From a virus (taxonomy: Duplodnaviria; Caudoviricetes), in the IMG/VR virus record IMGVR_UViG_3300012201_000005, positions 1-50,759 of that record: a DNA stretch of 50,759 nt; one strand, given 5' to 3'. The notes beneath the pieces are model-generated. The model searched no databases. It saw only the letters and a program-made list of their open reading frames with translations, and was not told the DNA's origin. Position numbers and translations under genes: made by a program. Shown in pieces: positions 46,267 through 50,759 of this stretch (positions within the stretch are counted from its first letter, which is position 1; every line of letters begins with the position of its first letter).

Positions 46267-47520
46267 ATGGATCAGAAAGATTTTGATGCTCTTGTGGCCA
46301 AGGGTGTCGCAACCGCCCTTCCCAACGAGATCGAGAAGGCGCTTCCGGGGGCCATCGAAAAGGCATTGAAGGACGAAGGCGTCCGCAAGTCCTTTATGGG
46401 AGGAACCCCACTCGTCAAGCTGTCCAGTGAGCCGGTGAACGGCGGCATTGTGGCAGCTCGTTACATCAAGGCTCTGGCGGTTTCCGGGCTCAGCCGGGAG
46501 TCAATGGCCCCTCGGTCACCTCTTGACGTGGCCAAGGCCATGTATCCCCGGGACGAAGCTCTGGCCGAAGCCCTTGAACAGCGGGCCAGTGGCGGTGCCG
46601 TGCATAAGGCTTTGAGTGCGACCATCCTTTCCGATGGTGGATCAACCGTTCCCGAGGTTCTGTCCAGTGAGCTGATTTTGCCGCTCTACATCAAGATCGG
46701 CGTGACCAAGCTCGGCGGCCGGCGCATCCCTCTTGTGAATGGCAATATGACCATTCCCAGGATTGACACCGCTTCGTCGGTTTCGTGGGTGGGTGAGAAC
46801 AAGAGGGTTACTAAGAGCCAGCCGGTAACCGGCGACATCAAGCTCAACGCGAAGAAACTCGGTGTTGTGGTCCCCATTTCGAATGACCTTCTGAGGTCCT
46901 CGAATATGGCGGCTGACCAGTGGGTCTTGGATGACATCCGAAACCAGATGTTCGTGGAAATGGATCGTTCGATGCTCTACGGATCGAACACCCAGTACCA
47001 GCCTGGTGGTCTCGACACCTTGCTCCCTGCCGCTCAGAAGCAGGGGTCTAGCTCGACGGCCTTCACCACGACCCTGATTTCCCAGCTCTACGGTGCCCTT
47101 CAGCAGGCCAACGTCATGATGCTCCAGCCGGGCATCATCATGAACGCCGTGACCGAAGCGTACCTTATGAACCTGACCACCTCGACCGGTGCGTTCTTGT
47201 TCTACGCTGAGATGGTCGAGCGTGGCACGGTCCGAGGCATTCCCTACGCCGTTTCGAATAACTGCAACTTCACCGATACCGGGACCTACTCGACCTCGAG
47301 CGTGGACTTCTTCATCGGTGACTGGAGTGAGTTCGTCATCGGTGAACAGCTTCCCTTGAGCGTGGAGATGAGCCGCGAGGCCAGCTACTATGATGGTTCG
47401 GCCACCGTTTCCGCTTACCAGAACGACCAGACCCTCATCCGGGTCTTGAGCCTGATGGACTACAACATTCGGCATACCAAGTCGTTCATCAAGTACACCG
47501 CCAAACTGGCGACGAGCTAA
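46267..47520 (+). CDS. Major capsid protein (HK97 fold)
   Basis: DGGSTVPE, WVGEN, LNAKKLGVVVPISNDLL, GDWS, AYQNDQTLIR motifs. Confidence 0.95.
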   Translation: MDQKDFDALVAKGVATALPNEIEKALPGAIEKALKDEGVRKSFMGGTPLVKLSSEPVNGGIVAARYIKALAVSGLSRESMAPRSPLDVAKAMYPRDEALAEALEQRASGGAVHKALSATILSDGGSTVPEVLSSELILPLYIKIGVTKLGGRRIPLVNGNMTIPRIDTASSVSWVGENKRVTKSQPVTGDIKLNAKKLGVVVPISNDLLRSSNMAADQWVLDDIRNQMFVEMDRSMLYGSNTQYQPGGLDTLLPAAQKQGSSSTAFTTTLISQLYGALQQANVMMLQPGIIMNAVTEAYLMNLTTSTGAFLFYAEMVERGTVRGIPYAVSNNCNFTDTGTYSTSSVDFFIGDWSEFVIGEQLPLSVEMSREASYYDGSATVSAYQNDQTLIRVLSLMDYNIRHTKSFIKYTAKLATS

Positions 47521-47534
47521 GGAGGGCTTGAGAT

Positions 47535-47984
47535 ATGTTTAGCAAGTTTCTTGAACGGACCCAGGGAGTCGCCGAAGTCCTTCCCGTGATCACGATCAGC
47601 ACTGCTACTGTGAAGGGCGTTGCCGTTGATCGCCTCGGGTATTTGTCGGCTTGTCTGGCTTATATCGCAGGAATCAACCCCAGCGTTCCTACCGGGTTCA
47701 CCGTGGCTACCACGGTCCAGCACTCGGACACGACCACGGATGGGGACTTCGTTGACTTCATCACGACCATCCCCACCTTTGGAACTGCGTCGACCCTGGC
47801 CGCTGCCTCGGTGGCGAAGTACTGGGACCTGGATTTGACTGGGGCCAAACAGTACATCCGGAGCGTAACCGTGATCACCTTCACCGGTGGTTCTAGCCCA
47901 TCTTCGATCTGGGCCGAGTTCTTCATTCTTGGTGATAAGAATATGGAATCTGTCGGGAACGCCGTAGTCTATGGCCCTAGCTGA
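47535..47984 (+). CDS. Capsid cement / decoration protein
   Basis: Follows MCP; GVAVDRLGY...VQHSD...KQYIR beta-sandwich pattern. Confidence 0.65.
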   Translation: MFSKFLERTQGVAEVLPVITISTATVKGVAVDRLGYLSACLAYIAGINPSVPTGFTVATTVQHSDTTTDGDFVDFITTIPTFGTASTLAAASVAKYWDLDLTGAKQYIRSVTVITFTGGSSPSSIWAEFFILGDKNMESVGNAVVYGPS

Positions 47985-48058
47985 GCCTGACTTCGACAGG
48001 ATGATTCGAAGGCCGGAGGTCCAAAAGGGCTTCCGGCCTTTTTCAGAAGGAGGACGAG

Positions 48059-48730
48059 ATGGGAAACTTGACGACGCTGGCTCAAATGAAACTCATGCTT
48101 GGGATTCCTTCGGCAATAACGACCAGCGACGCACTTCTAAATGTTCTGATCGCCAGCGTTTCCAGTCGCATTGAAACCTACCTGAATCGAACCCTTGGAC
48201 TTGCCACCTATACCCAGAACCTTGCCCCATCCTACGACCAGGTTTTGCAGATGGCGCAATGGCCCATTCGAACGGTCACTTCCGTAACTTCTCAGGGTGA
48301 TCCTTTAACCGTGAATGTGGACTACTTCCTTTATGACCAATACACCCGTTCGGGCCAGATTTACCGGGGCCAGATGTGGACCGGGGCTACCTATATCCGG
48401 GGGCTGACCGGAGACCCTTATGCTGGCGTCATAGAAATTGTTGTGGTCTATTCGGCTGGCTACAACCTGCCAGACGAAGCAACTCAAACCTATCCACTTC
48501 CCGCTGATATCGCACTTGTGTGCCAAATGATGGTGGCCCAGCTCTACAACAACATCAAGCGCCAGAACTTGAGCGGAGATCTTTCGAGCTACTCGGAAGG
48601 CGGGATTTCGATGTCTTGGGGCCATGCGGTGGCTGGGGCTGCCGGGCTTGAGATGTTCGGGGTCAATGCTGGGATGGATACGCAGTTTGCCAGCATCTTG
48701 AACGCCTATAAGAAATGGGCGGTGGCATGA
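48059..48730 (+). CDS. Head-tail adaptor (gp6-like)
   Basis: LTTLAQMK..LGI...D.LL..LI..VS..IETYLNR, YSAGY, LPADI. Confidence 0.85.
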   Translation: MGNLTTLAQMKLMLGIPSAITTSDALLNVLIASVSSRIETYLNRTLGLATYTQNLAPSYDQVLQMAQWPIRTVTSVTSQGDPLTVNVDYFLYDQYTRSGQIYRGQMWTGATYIRGLTGDPYAGVIEIVVVYSAGYNLPDEATQTYPLPADIALVCQMMVAQLYNNIKRQNLSGDLSSYSEGGISMSWGHAVAGAAGLEMFGVNAGMDTQFASILNAYKKWAVA

Positions 48731-49311
48731 TGGTCAATGTCAGCACTTTGAAACTGTATCAGAAGGTCACCACGAAAGCCGCGAATGGTCAGGTCATCAA
48801 CACATTTCCAGTGGTCACAGCACGAATCCAAGCTGATGAACAAGCGTCCATGCTCACCAAGGAAGAGGCTTACAAATGGGGCCAGACTGACCTTTCCGCA
48901 AACTCGAAATGGGTTTCTATCGACCCGAATCCTTTGGTCAGGATGCTGGATAGGATTGTGGATGAGGCTGGTGGATATTTTGAGATTCGGGGCGTGAATT
49001 CTTGGCCCATCCACAATGAAGTTCTTTTAGTTCCGGTTGTCGGGGAAGTAGCTCCGGTTTCAGTCGATGGAATTGCAGTTACCCCCGCGACCGTCTCCCT
49101 GGCCATTTCGGGTACCCAGCAACTCACGGTCACTTTCACTCCAGTAAGCCCGACCAATCAAGCGGTATCATGGGACTCCTCGAATCCGGCCAAGGCAACG
49201 GTCAGTTCGACCGGGCTGGTTACGGCGGTTGCATCTGGCACTTCGGTCATCACGGTCACCTCAACGGATGGCGGTTTCACAGCGACTTGCATAGTCACGG
49301 TGACGCCATGA
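48727..49311 (+). CDS. Head closure protein fused to Ig-like (Big_2) domain
   Basis: Stopper-like N-half; VSWDSSNPAKATVSSTGLVTAVASGTSVITVTSTDGG. Confidence 0.8.
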   Translation: MMVNVSTLKLYQKVTTKAANGQVINTFPVVTARIQADEQASMLTKEEAYKWGQTDLSANSKWVSIDPNPLVRMLDRIVDEAGGYFEIRGVNSWPIHNEVLLVPVVGEVAPVSVDGIAVTPATVSLAISGTQQLTVTFTPVSPTNQAVSWDSSNPAKATVSSTGLVTAVASGTSVITVTSTDGGFTATCIVTVTP

Positions 49312-49862
49312 GTACTAAGACAATGGCGGCTCAGATTGCTGACCTGAAGAAAAACTTCGCTTTGGCTGGGGTGGAATTGAAGACGGCACTAGGAAAGGGT
49401 TTGACGAATGCCGCCTTGATCGTTGAGCGGGACTACAAGGTTCGGTTGACCAAGGGGGGGCATGTTGCATCGGGATTGCTCCGAGCTTCCGCATCACACC
49501 GATTGATTGATCCTTCTGTGGGCTATCCATTTGCTCAGATTGGCCCCTTGGCTGATTATGGCAAAGAACTTGAACTCGGAAGTGCCCCTCATCATGTCCC
49601 CATTGAAGACTTGATTACTTGGGTTCGAAGAAAAGGATTGGCTGGTGAAGGATATGCCAGTAATAGGTCTGGACGATCATTCAAAAAAGGCGTTGAGAAA
49701 TCTATCGCCTATGAAATTCAGAAACATATTGAATCCTATGGAACAATGCCCCATCCCGCATTGCTACCGGCGCTGCTTTCCAACAAGGAAGCCATTTTCA
49801 AGGCCATCGCAGCGCCCATGAAAGCCGAACTGGCGAAAGGCAGGGGGCAAGGTGCTACTTAA
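49308..49862 (+). CDS. HK97 gp10-like tail component
   Basis: SGLLRAS, YGKELELGS, GTMPHPALLPA. Confidence 0.8.
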   Translation: MSTKTMAAQIADLKKNFALAGVELKTALGKGLTNAALIVERDYKVRLTKGGHVASGLLRASASHRLIDPSVGYPFAQIGPLADYGKELELGSAPHHVPIEDLITWVRRKGLAGEGYASNRSGRSFKKGVEKSIAYEIQKHIESYGTMPHPALLPALLSNKEAIFKAIAAPMKAELAKGRGQGAT

Positions 49863-50241
49863 TGCAGACGTTTGGGTATATTCGGCATTGGCTACCGATG
49901 CTGCAGTGAGTGCATCTCTGACTGGTGGGGCTGGCGTGGTCCTGATTTTTCCTAATGACTTTGAGATATTGCCCGTTCTGACCTATACAGTGACTCAGAG
50001 CGTTTCGACGATGGACATTTGGGATGACCAGCCTCATGGCAATGACGTAGTTGCGACCTTGGACATCTATACTAGGAACGATGCCCTGACCAGGGCTATC
50101 GAGGTCGCTGTTGATGCGGTGATGGTTGGGCTTTTGTTCAACCTAGATTTCCGCGAACCGTTGGGTGATCCGAGTGCGAAAACCCAGCATGTGAGTTTGA
50201 GATATTCCCGTTCGGGAGTACTAGCAGAAGATGTGGCTTGA
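49852..50241 (+). CDS. Tail terminator / completion protein
   Basis: Position before MTP; VYSAL, LPVLTY, LDIYT, VDAVM. Confidence 0.75.
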   Translation: MLLNADVWVYSALATDAAVSASLTGGAGVVLIFPNDFEILPVLTYTVTQSVSTMDIWDDQPHGNDVVATLDIYTRNDALTRAIEVAVDAVMVGLLFNLDFREPLGDPSAKTQHVSLRYSRSGVLAEDVA

Positions 50242-50257
50242 CCACAGGAGGTAAATT

Positions 50258-50759
50258 ATGGCTTACGGAGCCCGTCCGCGTATCGGACTTTCCAATGTGG
50301 TCTTCGCCGTCCTTGACGAGTCCACAGATGTTTCGGGGGGAACCCCTAGTTACGGAACCATCACGCCGTTGGCGAATGCGATGGAACTTTCCTTTGACCC
50401 CGCTGGCAATGAGTCCATGCTCTTTGCCGACGACGGTCCCGCTTTCTTGGCTGACAACGTCGGTGAGATGAAGCTGTCCTTTGGGATTGCGGACATTTCT
50501 CCCGCGAACTTGGCAACTCTGTTGGGTCATACCTATGCCAATGGGATTACCACGGAAGCCCCGACCGATCAGAGCCCCTATGTCGCCATCGGGGCGAAGA
50601 AGCTACGGTCTGGCAAGGACGGAGCTGCCCTTGTCTATGACTATTTCTGGCTGTTGAAAGTGAAGCTCATGAAGCCGAAAGAAGATGCCAAGACCAAGGG
50701 TGCAACCATCGAGTTTCAGACCCCGATGTTGGAAGGCATGGCGGTCCAGCTCATCGCCA
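50258..50759 (+). CDS. Major tail protein (phi13-like), N-terminal part
   Basis: AGGAGG SD; MAYGARPRIGLSNVVFA...LFADDG...PYVAIG...YFWLLKVK...TKGATIEFQTP; runs off the window end. Confidence 0.9.
   Translation, partial: MAYGARPRIGLSNVVFAVLDESTDVSGGTPSYGTITPLANAMELSFDPAGNESMLFADDGPAFLADNVGEMKLSFGIADISPANLATLLGHTYANGITTEAPTDQSPYVAIGAKKLRSGKDGAALVYDYFWLLKVKLMKPKEDAKTKGATIEFQTPMLEGMAVQLIA

Noticed and set aside
50238-50471. 77-aa ORF in the track
   Set aside because: Out-of-frame overlap of the major tail protein, which has the SD and ATG at 50258
1-50759. Genome-wide TAG reassignment
   Set aside because: Core genes are intact in the standard code and several end at TAG followed by a terminator or the next gene (429, 1250, 10821, 15445)

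Overview
The window is an apparently complete, circularly permuted ~50.75 kb siphovirus-type phage genome. The last 7 nt (ATCGCCA) repeat the first 7, and the major tail protein reads in frame across the join. Essentially all real genes are on the + strand. Order: tail (MTP, chaperones, tape measure, Dit with propeller insertion, hub, fibre), lysis, early/recombination (SSB, ERF, YqaJ), replication (initiator with iterons, DnaB), C5 methyltransferase, RuvC-like resolvase, many small accessory ORFs, TerS, a ~4 kb accessory island, TerL, portal-MuF, head-spike module, protease, HK97 capsid, head-tail joining genes. I saw no integrase, repressor, CRISPR array or reverse transcriptase. SSB and endolysin styles tentatively suggest a spirochaete host. 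Most notable signals: (1) a self-contained operon pairing an Sm/Lsm-fold protein with an unannotated, translationally coupled 42-aa (X-Ser)14 repeat peptide, followed by DNA-binding proteins, a nucleotidyltransferase and a tRNA mimic; (2) a type III hammerhead ribozyme whose stem III sequesters the Shine-Dalgarno of a small basic ORF; (3) several non-canonical tRNA-like RNAs; (4) two fully dual-coded regions; (5) small genes upstream of terL joined by identical 10-bp junctions. All family assignments come from motif recognition by eye, not database searches.
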